Position numbers and translations under genes: made by a program. 20,000 nucleotides of DNA from IMG/VR virus record IMGVR_UViG_3300033571_016245, one strand, 5' to 3'. Below, piece by piece: positions 1 to 7,532 of this stretch (its first letter is position 1; each line of letters opens with the position of its first letter). Source of the DNA: an uncultured virus (IMG/VR IMGVR_UViG_3300033571_016245). Its lineage: Duplodnaviria > Heunggongvirae > Uroviricota > Caudoviricetes. The notes beneath the pieces are model-generated. The model had not been told where the DNA came from. It did no database searches and was given only the letters and a program-made list of their open reading frames with translations.

Positions 1-668
1 TGAGATTAGACTTAATCGCAGCACATCCTGAAAGCATAGAGCTATTAAAAAATATAGGTGTTGAATCTGCTAGTTTTGGCATTGAATCAATGAATTATGA
101 AGCAAATAAAACTATTGGAAAAGGCATTGGCAAAACTAAAATTATCGAAACATTACATCAGCTTAGAGAAGAATGGCCCAAGGATGTTATACTAGAAGCA
201 CAATTTATCATGGGCTTGCCTAATGAAACCGAAGAAACTATTACTGAATGGTTAGATGAATTACTAGATCCTGCATTTCCTTTAGATTCAGCAAAAATTG
301 AACCCTTGTGGCTAAGTGATCTCAATGCATCGGGAATGAAAAACAAATTATGGAAAAGTAAATTTGAATTGGATCCTGAAAAATATGGCTATACTTTTCC
401 TAATCCAACAGTACCTACATATTGGGTCAATAATAAAGGATTCAGTCTACAAGATGCAGAGGCATTGAAGAAAAGTTACGGATCGAGATGGAAAATTAAA
501 GAACGACCTGGTTGGGTTGGCGACAGAGGTACTGCTAATATAGGTGTGTCTGAAAATGAGATTAAATCTCGTCGAGAAAGCAACTTTTCAATTCCAGTTG
601 GAAAATCAGATCATTTTAAAAGATTAGAATTTGTTAAAAACTATGTTCAAAAGCTTCTAACACTTTAA
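1..668 (+). CDS. Radical SAM protein, C-terminal part (B12-binding/class B-like); 5'-truncated by window edge
   Basis: The frame is open from nt 3 (RLDLIAAHPESIELLKNIGVESASFGIESMNYEANKTIGKG...FIMGLPNETEE). FGIES, IGKG and FIxGLPxET are typical radical SAM barrel motifs. The CxxxCxxC motif would lie upstream of the window. Confidence 0.8.
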   Translation, partial: RLDLIAAHPESIELLKNIGVESASFGIESMNYEANKTIGKGIGKTKIIETLHQLREEWPKDVILEAQFIMGLPNETEETITEWLDELLDPAFPLDSAKIEPLWLSDLNASGMKNKLWKSKFELDPEKYGYTFPNPTVPTYWVNNKGFSLQDAEALKKSYGSRWKIKERPGWVGDRGTANIGVSENEIKSRRESNFSIPVGKSDHFKRLEFVKNYVQKLLTL

Positions 669-1687
669 TTATTGAACAAATTTTTAACCATATCTAATCC
701 TTGCTGTACTTTGTTACGATCAGCTTGGGCTCTTGCTTTAGCTTCAGGAGTTTCTGCTTTGTTTCGTTTAACAGCATTAATATCTGCTTGTGCTTTTTCT
801 TCATATCTTTGAATAAATTTATTCAAAAATTCTTGAGCATTAGTAAAGTTTTTTAAATTACCTTTACCAAACATTTCATTTTGTTCAAAACTATAAGCTA
901 ACCCTTTTATGCCATTAACTAATGTACTAATTTTCATATTGTTGATATCTGCCCCAGGATTATCTCTTAACATAGGATTGATGTTGGCAGACTTGCCTAA
1001 TATTCGGTTAGCTTCAAATTGAAATATATCGTATATAAATGTTTTTGGATTTTTAGTTAAAGTTTGTACCTCAACATCTTTATGTTTACTAAATGGAACT
1101 TGTTGGCCATTTTGTGTTTTGAGTTGAACACCTGCATGTTGAATGCTCATGCCTAACATTTCGCCTAAAACACTATACATATTTCCAGTAAGCAGTCCTT
1201 TAACACCTCGTTCAGGTGTTACTCTTGTAGCTCCCCATTGTGACAATTCTGGTGTGTGCCACATAAAGTCAACTTGTACATAAGCATCTTCCCCTATTTT
1301 AACAATAGGATGACCTATTTTACTTTCAATAGGATGAACATAATTAGGTTGTGTTTCTCTTACAAATTGATCAGCTAATCCGTTCCAATAATTTGTAAAC
1401 TGCCCTTGAGTAGCACCTTCAACTGCGGGCCCAATCATCTGTAAATCAATGTCGCCGTATACTTTTTCAGGGTCATCGCGTTGATCTTGCTCGTGATATG
1501 CGCCTGACCCAGTTGGTCTACCCATTTGAACAGGTCCAACACCTTTAGGTTCCAACCATTTATTAAAGTCTTGTACAAATTGTTGTATTATATTCAATAC
1601 AATTTTAACAACAGCAGGTTTTATTACAGTGCCTTGAGTTACTGTGGTGTCCCAACCGCCTTCACGAACAACATCTAAAATACGCAT
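665..1687 (-). CDS. Putative Pol-beta-superfamily nucleotidyltransferase-like phage protein, probably late-expressed
   Basis: 340-aa ORF with TGSG...YGDIDL and a downstream VQVDF (GS, DxD, third Asp pattern). TATAAATA lies 4 nt upstream of the ATG. The stop overlaps the convergent stop of the radical SAM gene. Confidence 0.55.
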   Translation of the reverse strand: MRILDVVREGGWDTTVTQGTVIKPAVVKIVLNIIQQFVQDFNKWLEPKGVGPVQMGRPTGSGAYHEQDQRDDPEKVYGDIDLQMIGPAVEGATQGQFTNYWNGLADQFVRETQPNYVHPIESKIGHPIVKIGEDAYVQVDFMWHTPELSQWGATRVTPERGVKGLLTGNMYSVLGEMLGMSIQHAGVQLKTQNGQQVPFSKHKDVEVQTLTKNPKTFIYDIFQFEANRILGKSANINPMLRDNPGADINNMKISTLVNGIKGLAYSFEQNEMFGKGNLKNFTNAQEFLNKFIQRYEEKAQADINAVKRNKAETPEAKARAQADRNKVQQGLDMVKNLFNN

Positions 1688-1691
1688 ATGC

Positions 1692-1699
1692 TATTTATA
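1692..1699 (-). promoter_or_regulatory. T4-type late promoter box TATAAATA
   Basis: Exact TATAAATA on the minus strand, followed by GCATATG (start at 1687). Confidence 0.55.
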
Positions 1700-2195
1700 G
1701 CACTCTTAGCGACTCAATATTTACAGGAGTATAGTTAATAGCTTCAACACTGACATTAATATATCGTTCATCAGCTAGCTTGCGCTGATGTATATGCCCA
1801 TGTACATTTTTGTGTGCTTTAATACCCAGTGAGCTTTCGTGTACAGGAACATGAGTTAGCAGCAGGCCAAATTCTGGAAACATCCGCCACATCATGATCT
1901 TACCAAAAGTACGCTGTAGATGCGGATCTTTGCCGTCATCATGATTGCCTAATATCAATCGCTTGCGCCCACGACAACGATTAAGCAGTTGGCCAAGTTC
2001 TTCAAAGTAAACATCGCCAAGATGATATACAATGTCGCCATCCTTAACGACACTGTTCCAACGTTCTATCATATGTTCATTCATTTCTTCAACACTAGAA
2101 AAATCAGGCCGTATTAGTTGGCCGTCATCACCTTTAAATGTAAGAACATTACGATGATTAAAGTGTGTGTCGCTTATAAGCCAAATATCACTCAT
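1695..2195 (-). CDS. Calcineurin-like metallophosphoesterase
   Basis: Motifs SDTHF, LGDV, GNHD, THVP, HGHIH. Start placed at MSDIW (ATG 2195), which overlaps the end of the upstream ORF. Confidence 0.92.
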   Translation of the reverse strand: MSDIWLISDTHFNHRNVLTFKGDDGQLIRPDFSSVEEMNEHMIERWNSVVKDGDIVYHLGDVYFEELGQLLNRCRGRKRLILGNHDDGKDPHLQRTFGKIMMWRMFPEFGLLLTHVPVHESSLGIKAHKNVHGHIHQRKLADERYINVSVEAINYTPVNIESLRVL

Positions 2196-2433
2196 TAAAT
2201 TCAAGCATAAACATAGTTGCTTCCTCTTCATTAACAAATTCTAATACAAAAATCCATTTATCGAGTTCAAAAGATTTATCGCGATGTATTGTTTTGATTG
2301 TATTGTGATTTTGTTTGTACCACTCGCACATTGCCTCTGTCCAATTTGGATAGCTTTCTCTTGATTTTAAGTCTGATAGGATTTGTCCGTTGCAAACTTT
2401 TGACAAAGTATCAATTCTAACGAATCTAGTCAT
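2188..2433 (-). CDS. Small hypothetical protein, divergent LRW-family member
   Basis: MCEWYKQN helix and C-terminal FVNEEEATMFMLEF; ATGA overlap with the upstream stop. Confidence 0.7.
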   Translation of the reverse strand: MTRFVRIDTLSKVCNGQILSDLKSRESYPNWTEAMCEWYKQNHNTIKTIHRDKSFELDKWIFVLEFVNEEEATMFMLEFNE

Positions 2434-2639
2434 GCCCACGTTAATAAAAACAAAGTTAGATCTTCATCACTCATAATAAATTTGATCTTTTGCCAACGAC
2501 CATCCGCATCAGTGATAACAGTTATGTCTAAGTATGATAACACAATTTCAGCTTCTTGTCTACTATTAACGAATCCATAATAGTCAAAAATATTTTTATG
2601 TAGTCTGCGCCAGGCGTTGCTATTAATTTCTAATTCCAT
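2430..2639 (-). CDS. Small hypothetical protein, LRW family
   Basis: Ends MSDEDLTLFLLTWA*. Confidence 0.75.
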   Translation of the reverse strand: MELEINSNAWRRLHKNIFDYYGFVNSRQEAEIVLSYLDITVITDADGRWQKIKFIMSDEDLTLFLLTWA

Positions 2640-2867
2640 TTAGTTGTCTTTTTTTATTTTTACTTCAGATTCAGTTTCAACCCAAACCTTAGCACCACAA
2701 CTCAGCGGTTTATCTGGACTGTATACTACTGTGCTGGGTCCCAGTATTTCAACTTCATGTGCGTAGGTATTGGTGCGACCCTGCTTGACTGTAATCACAG
2801 GTTCACGTTCACCTGTCTTGCTGTTGCGTTTAACAACATGTTGATTAACATGAATACGAGTTTTCAT
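2640..2867 (-). CDS. Conserved phage hypothetical protein (not LRW family)
   Basis: MKTRIHVNQH...PVITVK...YSPDKPLSCGAKVWVET resembles a widespread large-phage family of unknown function. Start coupled to the upstream AGGTGG. Confidence 0.8.
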   Translation of the reverse strand: MKTRIHVNQHVVKRNSKTGEREPVITVKQGRTNTYAHEVEILGPSTVVYSPDKPLSCGAKVWVETESEVKIKKDN

Positions 2868-3181
2868 TCTGACCACCTAAGCGCAAACAATGTAGCATCT
2901 TGTTGGCGTTTAAAATATATATTATAATCCGTTGCAAAATATTTGTCAATCATGTTTTCATCCAGCCATGCTTGAAGCGTAAGATCCCAAATTGGGACAG
3001 GAATTTTAGTCCAACCTTTACTTTCTAAGTCAGCACCTTTAATTTCATTTAAAATTTCTTTATCAACAGCCTCTTGAAGAAGCTTAGCCAGTTCGTCTGC
3101 TACATCATCTGGCATTAAATGTTTAATTGATTGAGCAACTTCCTTTGTGTATACGCTACTGAGTTTTGTTTTTTTCTTCAT
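2864..3181 (-). CDS. Small hypothetical protein, LRW family
   Basis: LQAWLDEN...IYFKRQQDATLFALRWSE*; ATG overlaps the upstream TGA. Confidence 0.8.
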   Translation of the reverse strand: MKKKTKLSSVYTKEVAQSIKHLMPDDVADELAKLLQEAVDKEILNEIKGADLESKGWTKIPVPIWDLTLQAWLDENMIDKYFATDYNIYFKRQQDATLFALRWSE

Positions 3182-3381
3182 GACCACCTCAGTGCAAACA
3201 TTATGTAGGTATCCATATCAGGACAAACTATGTACATTTCTTCCATTCGACAATCATTTTGCCAACACCATTCCACTAATTCATCATCGTGCTCTAAACG
3301 ATGTTCACTTAATAGTTCGTTTGTGGATCTATCCCAAAACCAATGTAGAATATGATGTTGAGATACCCATTTCTTCTTCAT
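3178..3381 (-). CDS. Small hypothetical protein, LRW family
   Basis: LVEWCWQN...CPDMDTYIMFALRWS*. Confidence 0.8.
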   Translation of the reverse strand: MKKKWVSQHHILHWFWDRSTNELLSEHRLEHDDELVEWCWQNDCRMEEMYIVCPDMDTYIMFALRWS

Positions 3382-3647
3382 CACTGTTTGACCATTAAAT
3401 CAAATACATCCAGTGCATAATCGTATTCATACTGAGTGCGACCTTTTACATAATACAATTCAACTCTGCTACGCACCCAATAATGACGCAACCAAATACG
3501 TTTAGTAGTTTTTGTTTGCCAGAATTTTATAGCGCCACTGGAAACAGATTCTTTTATATCTATCTGTTTTGGCAACCAAGCAAAACGCTGTTCCCAATTA
3601 CTCCAGTCACGTAGACTGTAAATTTTTGGCCCCGGATCTCTTACCAT
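3381..3647 (-). CDS. Phage hypothetical protein (WxxxFAWLP...IWL type; not LRW family)
   Basis: Trp-rich 88-aa ORF; TAATG overlap with the upstream LRWS stop. Confidence 0.7.
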   Translation of the reverse strand: MVRDPGPKIYSLRDWSNWEQRFAWLPKQIDIKESVSSGAIKFWQTKTTKRIWLRHYWVRSRVELYYVKGRTQYEYDYALDVFDLMVKQ

Positions 3648-3868
3648 TATGACCACCTCAGGATGAAATACAGCCTGTCCTCTTCGCGTGGTACTAGAAA
3701 CATATCGCCGCTGTTAACACCCAGTCTACTATTATCAAACCAAATAACGCCTGGAGTTTTTTTAATTTCCTCAGCGTTTTCCTGTGCCCACGTGTGATCC
3801 ATAACAATGCCTAATTCTGGTGTGCCTAGATCATCACAGAAATTGAACTTGTGTGTATGGTTATTCAT
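3647..3868 (-). CDS. Small hypothetical protein, LRW family
   Basis: Ends FLVPREEDRLYFILRWS*. Confidence 0.8.
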   Translation of the reverse strand: MNNHTHKFNFCDDLGTPELGIVMDHTWAQENAEEIKKTPGVIWFDNSRLGVNSGDMFLVPREEDRLYFILRWS

Positions 3869-4094
3869 TACTCCACCTTAGCACAAATAATAACATGTCT
3901 TCTTGTTTTGTAAAGAAGAAATTATCACCATGTAGATTACAGTACCAATTGTCGCGACTGTCTATACCAAAATTATCCAAGCACCAATTGCAGACTTTTT
4001 TGTGAAGTGTATCCCAGCGATCAATTTTGACTGTAGCAACATAATATTCTGGGAACACCTTACCTTCGGGCCATTTTTCAACTTTGGCTATCAT
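3861..4094 (-). CDS. Small hypothetical protein, LRW family
   Basis: VCNWCLDNFG...FFFTKQEDMLLFVLRWSNE*. Confidence 0.8.
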   Translation of the reverse strand: MIAKVEKWPEGKVFPEYYVATVKIDRWDTLHKKVCNWCLDNFGIDSRDNWYCNLHGDNFFFTKQEDMLLFVLRWSNE

Positions 4095-4360
4095 GACCAC
4101 CTCAAAGCAAAATAAGTAGCATCTTCTGGTTTTTCAAAATACCAATAGTGACCCATACATATATACTTTCCTGACAAATATTCTTCAGGCCAACTATTTG
4201 GAACTCGATCATAAAATTTACAAATTACCATAGTCCAGCCTTGATCTTCAGCTTCGATTATTTTCTTTGCCATAAAGTTCAATTGATGATTTCTAATGCG
4301 TTCATTTAGATCACTCATAGTTAAAGTATCAGCGCCTAAACTTTCCCAAAAATATTTCAC
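4091..4360 (-). CDS. Small hypothetical protein, LRW family (GTG start)
   Basis: Ends WYFEKPEDATYFALRWS*; GTG at 4360 overlaps the upstream TGA, behind GAGGTGG. Confidence 0.78.
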   Translation of the reverse strand: MKYFWESLGADTLTMSDLNERIRNHQLNFMAKKIIEAEDQGWTMVICKFYDRVPNSWPEEYLSGKYICMGHYWYFEKPEDATYFALRWS

Positions 4361-4599
4361 GACCACCTCAATGCAAACATCACAGCATCCTCTTGATCGC
4401 GGATAACAAATCGATAACTGTGGGATTCTTTTGGACCGCCCCAACCACACATCCACTTACCCTCTCGATTATATCTCATGTCGTAGCATGGACCCATCTC
4501 GGACTCACACCATTCCTTACGCTTACGAAAGAATGAGACTAGTCTTTCGTTTTCAGGTGCATGTATTGTGATCACATGCCAGCCTTTGGTAACAGTCAT
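4357..4599 (-). CDS. Small hypothetical protein, LRW family
   Basis: RKEWCESEMG...FVIRDQEDAVMFALRWS*. Confidence 0.8.
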   Translation of the reverse strand: MTVTKGWHVITIHAPENERLVSFFRKRKEWCESEMGPCYDMRYNREGKWMCGWGGPKESHSYRFVIRDQEDAVMFALRWS

Positions 4600-4808
4600 G
4601 CCCACCTCAATAAAAAGTAAATAAGATCTTCATCTTTAACAAAATCTATGTCCATGCTTCCAGCTTCGAGCGTGACATTGCTAGCATTGTATTCAGTCAT
4701 CAGCAAGCGACAGGCCGCAGTCCATATATCCTCGCCTGATTTTATTTCTACACTGATTATGAACTTCTCAAAAAAATTCGAAGTAACGACCTCGGCCGGT
4801 GATATCAT
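4596..4808 (-). CDS. Small hypothetical protein, LRW family; true start may be 4833 via a +1 frameshift
   Basis: Ends IDFVKDEDLIYFLLRWA*; see the finding on the T7 run at 4770-4776. Confidence 0.7.
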   Translation of the reverse strand: MISPAEVVTSNFFEKFIISVEIKSGEDIWTAACRLLMTEYNASNVTLEAGSMDIDFVKDEDLIYFLLRWA

Positions 4809-4813
4809 GATAG

Positions 4814-5008
4814 TTAACCCGTAACAGCGCCATTAGCCCACCTCAACACAAACAATAATTCATCTTCATCAGTTTTAAACCATATTTGTCCGTTACCCCA
4901 TTGATAGGTTATACCGCTATCACGCAACCAGTTTAAAATTTCTAAGCAGTTGTCTTTGTTAACAGTTAAAAAATAACTGCGTTTTTCGAATGGATTCTTA
5001 GTGATCAC
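4814..5008 (-). CDS. Small hypothetical protein, LRW family (GTG start)
   Basis: ILNWLRDS...IWFKTDEDELLFVLRWANGAVTG*. Confidence 0.8.
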   Translation of the reverse strand: MITKNPFEKRSYFLTVNKDNCLEILNWLRDSGITYQWGNGQIWFKTDEDELLFVLRWANGAVTG

Positions 5009-5193
5009 ACCCACCTCAACAAGAAGTATGCATAAGCACCGCGATTATTAAAAAAGATTGTTTCAAAACCATTATAGCCATAAGAATCAGGTATATGCTC
5101 CTCGCACCATGCAAGTATTTCTTTAAATGGTGCAGCACCATTATACTGCCAATCGTATAAGAAACCAGGGTGACAAGCTGCTTGTTTTGTCAT
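5005..5193 (-). CDS. Small hypothetical protein, LRW family
   Basis: ILAWCEEH...IFFNNRGAYAYFLLRWV*. Confidence 0.8.
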   Translation of the reverse strand: MTKQAACHPGFLYDWQYNGAAPFKEILAWCEEHIPDSYGYNGFETIFFNNRGAYAYFLLRWV

Positions 5194-5432
5194 GACCATC
5201 TCAATATAAAATAACTCAGTTGATCTTTATTGCGAAACTTAAATTCGTTATAGGCAGTGCGATGACCACATTCATTTTCTTCACACCATTTACCCATTTC
5301 ATCTAAGTAGTACCCTTCGCTCAAATCCGCAAAAGTATTGATCCAATGTTCATTATCTTCGTGTTTGATTTGAATTTTAATAGGGGTGTAACCTTCTTTG
5401 GTTACAACTTCTATTTTATAATCTTTAGGCAT
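5190..5432 (-). CDS. Small hypothetical protein, LRW family
   Basis: MGKWCEEN...FKFRNKDQLSYFILRWS*. Confidence 0.8.
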   Translation of the reverse strand: MPKDYKIEVVTKEGYTPIKIQIKHEDNEHWINTFADLSEGYYLDEMGKWCEENECGHRTAYNEFKFRNKDQLSYFILRWS

Positions 5433-5829
5433 TTGATAAAATTTCAGGCTTCGCTAACCACAGCATAGCTTCTTTAAAGCTATATGTTTGGGTTAACTCA
5501 ATAAACAAATTATTATTATTCTTTAACACCCACTTACGAAGTCTAGATAGATAATCAGTTGGATCGGTATTGTATATTGTTCGATCCCAATTAACATCTC
5601 CAAATGCACCGCTGTAATAATATTGTTTAAACTGTTTGAATGCACTGTCCTTCATTGTAGGAGTAGAATAACTCTGCGCCCAGTTTTCTTGAATTAACAT
5701 CAATGCGTATACTCGAGTCATTATAATACCTTGCCAATAAACAATGTCACTGCAAGTTTCTTCATCATAGCAATATATGGGAGTTGGACTTAGAATACTC
5801 CAAGCATAAACACTTTGTCTATCAAGCAT
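5425..5829 (-). CDS. Hypothetical protein
   Basis: 134-aa ORF overlapping both neighbours by 8 nt; no motif recognised. Confidence 0.65.
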   Translation of the reverse strand: MLDRQSVYAWSILSPTPIYCYDEETCSDIVYWQGIIMTRVYALMLIQENWAQSYSTPTMKDSAFKQFKQYYYSGAFGDVNWDRTIYNTDPTDYLSRLRKWVLKNNNNLFIELTQTYSFKEAMLWLAKPEILSNA

Positions 5830-6481
5830 AATGATCGGTCCCTGTTAAAGTCCAGTCGATGTTATCACTGTTACAAACTTGTTCAAAAGTATGATGTGCT
5901 GGTTGATATCCATAAGCCATATACTTGACCAAACGCTTGTGACTTTGTGGATTTACGTTATCAAACTTTAACAACTTGTATTTTTCATCACGAGCAAATG
6001 TACTGCGTACGACAACTCGATTACCGTCAAACCCAATCTTACATACAGTAATGTCAAAATCATCTAGTACTGCTTCTAGATTTGATTGAAAATTCTTTTT
6101 GATTAACTGTACATTCCATTTTTTATCTGTTTTTATATCTGTAACTCCATAAGTCAACGCATTATCACTAGTTGATTTAATGGCATAAGATGCTTGTTCT
6201 TTAAACATTGCACTATGTTCAAAATTATCTTTAAAAGATTCCATATGAAAGCGACTGTGAAAGTAAACATCAATGTCACTATCAACAGGACGATTTTGAT
6301 ACCATGCTAAACAAGCCCCTCCAGCAATATAAGGAGTATCTTTACTACAACCAAATATATTATCAACAATGGGACGATCTTCAGGATGAACAAATAGCCC
6401 ATTTACTTTTGGAGGTTTGGGGAAAACTCCAGTAATATCGTCACCAAAAATACTACTAAAAATGCCCGATAAGTTACCCAC
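5822..6481 (-). CDS. tRNA nucleotidyltransferase/poly(A) polymerase head-domain-like protein
   Basis: YIAGGAC...SDIDVYF, VQLI and DDFDITVCKIGFDG match class II NTase head motifs (GG, DxD, and a degenerate RRDFT-type motif); GTG start behind GAGGT. Confidence 0.72.
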   Translation of the reverse strand: MGNLSGIFSSIFGDDITGVFPKPPKVNGLFVHPEDRPIVDNIFGCSKDTPYIAGGACLAWYQNRPVDSDIDVYFHSRFHMESFKDNFEHSAMFKEQASYAIKSTSDNALTYGVTDIKTDKKWNVQLIKKNFQSNLEAVLDDFDITVCKIGFDGNRVVVRSTFARDEKYKLLKFDNVNPQSHKRLVKYMAYGYQPAHHTFEQVCNSDNIDWTLTGTDHYA

Positions 6482-6689
6482 AGGAATACCTCATTAAAAA
6501 CAAGTTACGATCTTCGATGCTGCGAAATTTACAAAACATACCTTCTTGTTCAAAGTTTTCCAAACATTCTGTTACCCATGTTTTGATATCAGTTTGATGT
6601 TGAGCAAACCAAATGTAATCTTTAATCAATAACCAACACTCATTTTCTGGAATCAGTTTGGTTGTAATTATTAAAAATCGTTCGCTCAT
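6474..6689 (-). CDS. Small hypothetical protein, LRW family (outlier)
   Basis: IKTWVTEC...KFRSIEDRNLFLMRYSCG*; the ATG AGG T codons supply GAGGT for the next gene. Confidence 0.75.
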   Translation of the reverse strand: MSERFLIITTKLIPENECWLLIKDYIWFAQHQTDIKTWVTECLENFEQEGMFCKFRSIEDRNLFLMRYSCG

Positions 6690-7342
6690 CAATAACAATA
6701 TCTAGTAAAAAGTTTCAACATCTCACTGTTTATTTTACTATAGTTGTTATCAAAGTCAACTGGCATTTTGGTCCATATTTCTGGATTAACATATGGGCTG
6801 GTTCTTTGTGTATATGATCTATGATGCGCAGCAGCATGATAATAAAATACATATGCATTGGATTTTTGAATATATTCAGTTAAATTTATTGGTAAATTGT
6901 GCTTTTGTATTTTGGCTACTGCACGTTTCTCACAATCCAATTCAACTTGAACTACGTGTTCTAATATGGGTCGTAATTGGTGTTTTTTAAGTTCAACATG
7001 ATGATCTATCCACATGTCAAATATTTCTAATGCATCATAGCTGTCACCTATTTTTACATTCCAAACATCTGATTTTTCCAAGTACTGATCTTTATGACAA
7101 GTTTCATGTACAAAAATAGACAACCATTCGTTTATGTTTTTAGATATATTAACAGTTAAGCAAGGAACGGGTTCATCCACAAAATATCCACTGCATTCGT
7201 GACCGTTCCAATCTACAGGTGTATTAATTAATTCAACTTTAATTTTATTTTTAGTGCAATGATCTAATTCAGACTGTATGAAATTTTTAATATTTTCGTT
7301 TTCAATAGTATTGATATCTAGTTCTATTTTATTTTTCTTCAT
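6689..7342 (-). CDS. Putative zinc metallopeptidase-like protein (HExxH)
   Basis: FVHETCHKDQ with a downstream ELDCE. Confidence 0.55.
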   Translation of the reverse strand: MKKNKIELDINTIENENIKNFIQSELDHCTKNKIKVELINTPVDWNGHECSGYFVDEPVPCLTVNISKNINEWLSIFVHETCHKDQYLEKSDVWNVKIGDSYDALEIFDMWIDHHVELKKHQLRPILEHVVQVELDCEKRAVAKIQKHNLPINLTEYIQKSNAYVFYYHAAAHHRSYTQRTSPYVNPEIWTKMPVDFDNNYSKINSEMLKLFTRYCY

Positions 7343-7372
7343 ATATTACCACACAGTCTGAATCTCTATTAA

Positions 7373-7525
7373 TTATGCATCAAATTTATATGCTAACCAA
7401 CCTATGGTTGCAATAATCCAAGCAAAAGCTTCTGGTGGTCGACTCCACGTAAGTACCACTTCCAACAGACAAATTGCAATAACTGCCCATGGTACATACT
7501 GATGAATAAAATGTCTTATTTTCAT
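7373..7525 (-). CDS. Small 50-aa membrane protein (not in ORF track)
   Basis: MKIRHFIHQYVPWAVIAICLLEVVLTWSRPPEAFAWIIATIGWLAYKFDA*; GAGGT SD; two hydrophobic segments. Confidence 0.7.
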   Translation of the reverse strand: MKIRHFIHQYVPWAVIAICLLEVVLTWSRPPEAFAWIIATIGWLAYKFDA

Positions 7526-7532
7526 ATTAACC

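Larger units (their letters stand above)
2430..5205 (-). repeat. Dispersed ~13-15 bp gene-junction repeat, consensus TTGAGGTGGTCATGA (plus strand TCATGACCACCTCAA)
   Basis: Variants at about 2430, 2864, 3178, 3647, 3866, 4091, 4357, 4596, 4831, 5005 and 5190, each at the 3' end of an LRW-family gene. Confidence 0.85.

Noticed and set aside
665..1687. CBASS CD-NTase (cGAS-like) call
   Set aside because: Only the generic GS/DxD pattern is visible; there are no adjacent effector or Cap genes, and the context is a phage late gene.
4361..4456. Upstream extension of ORF 4091..4456, and 2-3 codon GTG extensions (MVM, MGM, MGV) of array genes in the ORF track
   Set aside because: These GTGs lie inside the SD itself or within the upstream gene; the coupled ATG/GTG overlapping the upstream stop is better supported.
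2430..5205. Recurrent TCATGACCACCTCA motif as a CRISPR array, integron attC set or DGR repeat
   Set aside because: The repeats are only about 13-15 bp, degenerate, and spaced 175-470 bp apart by intact ORFs. There is no attC-like palindrome, and no cas, integrase or reverse transcriptase gene in the window.
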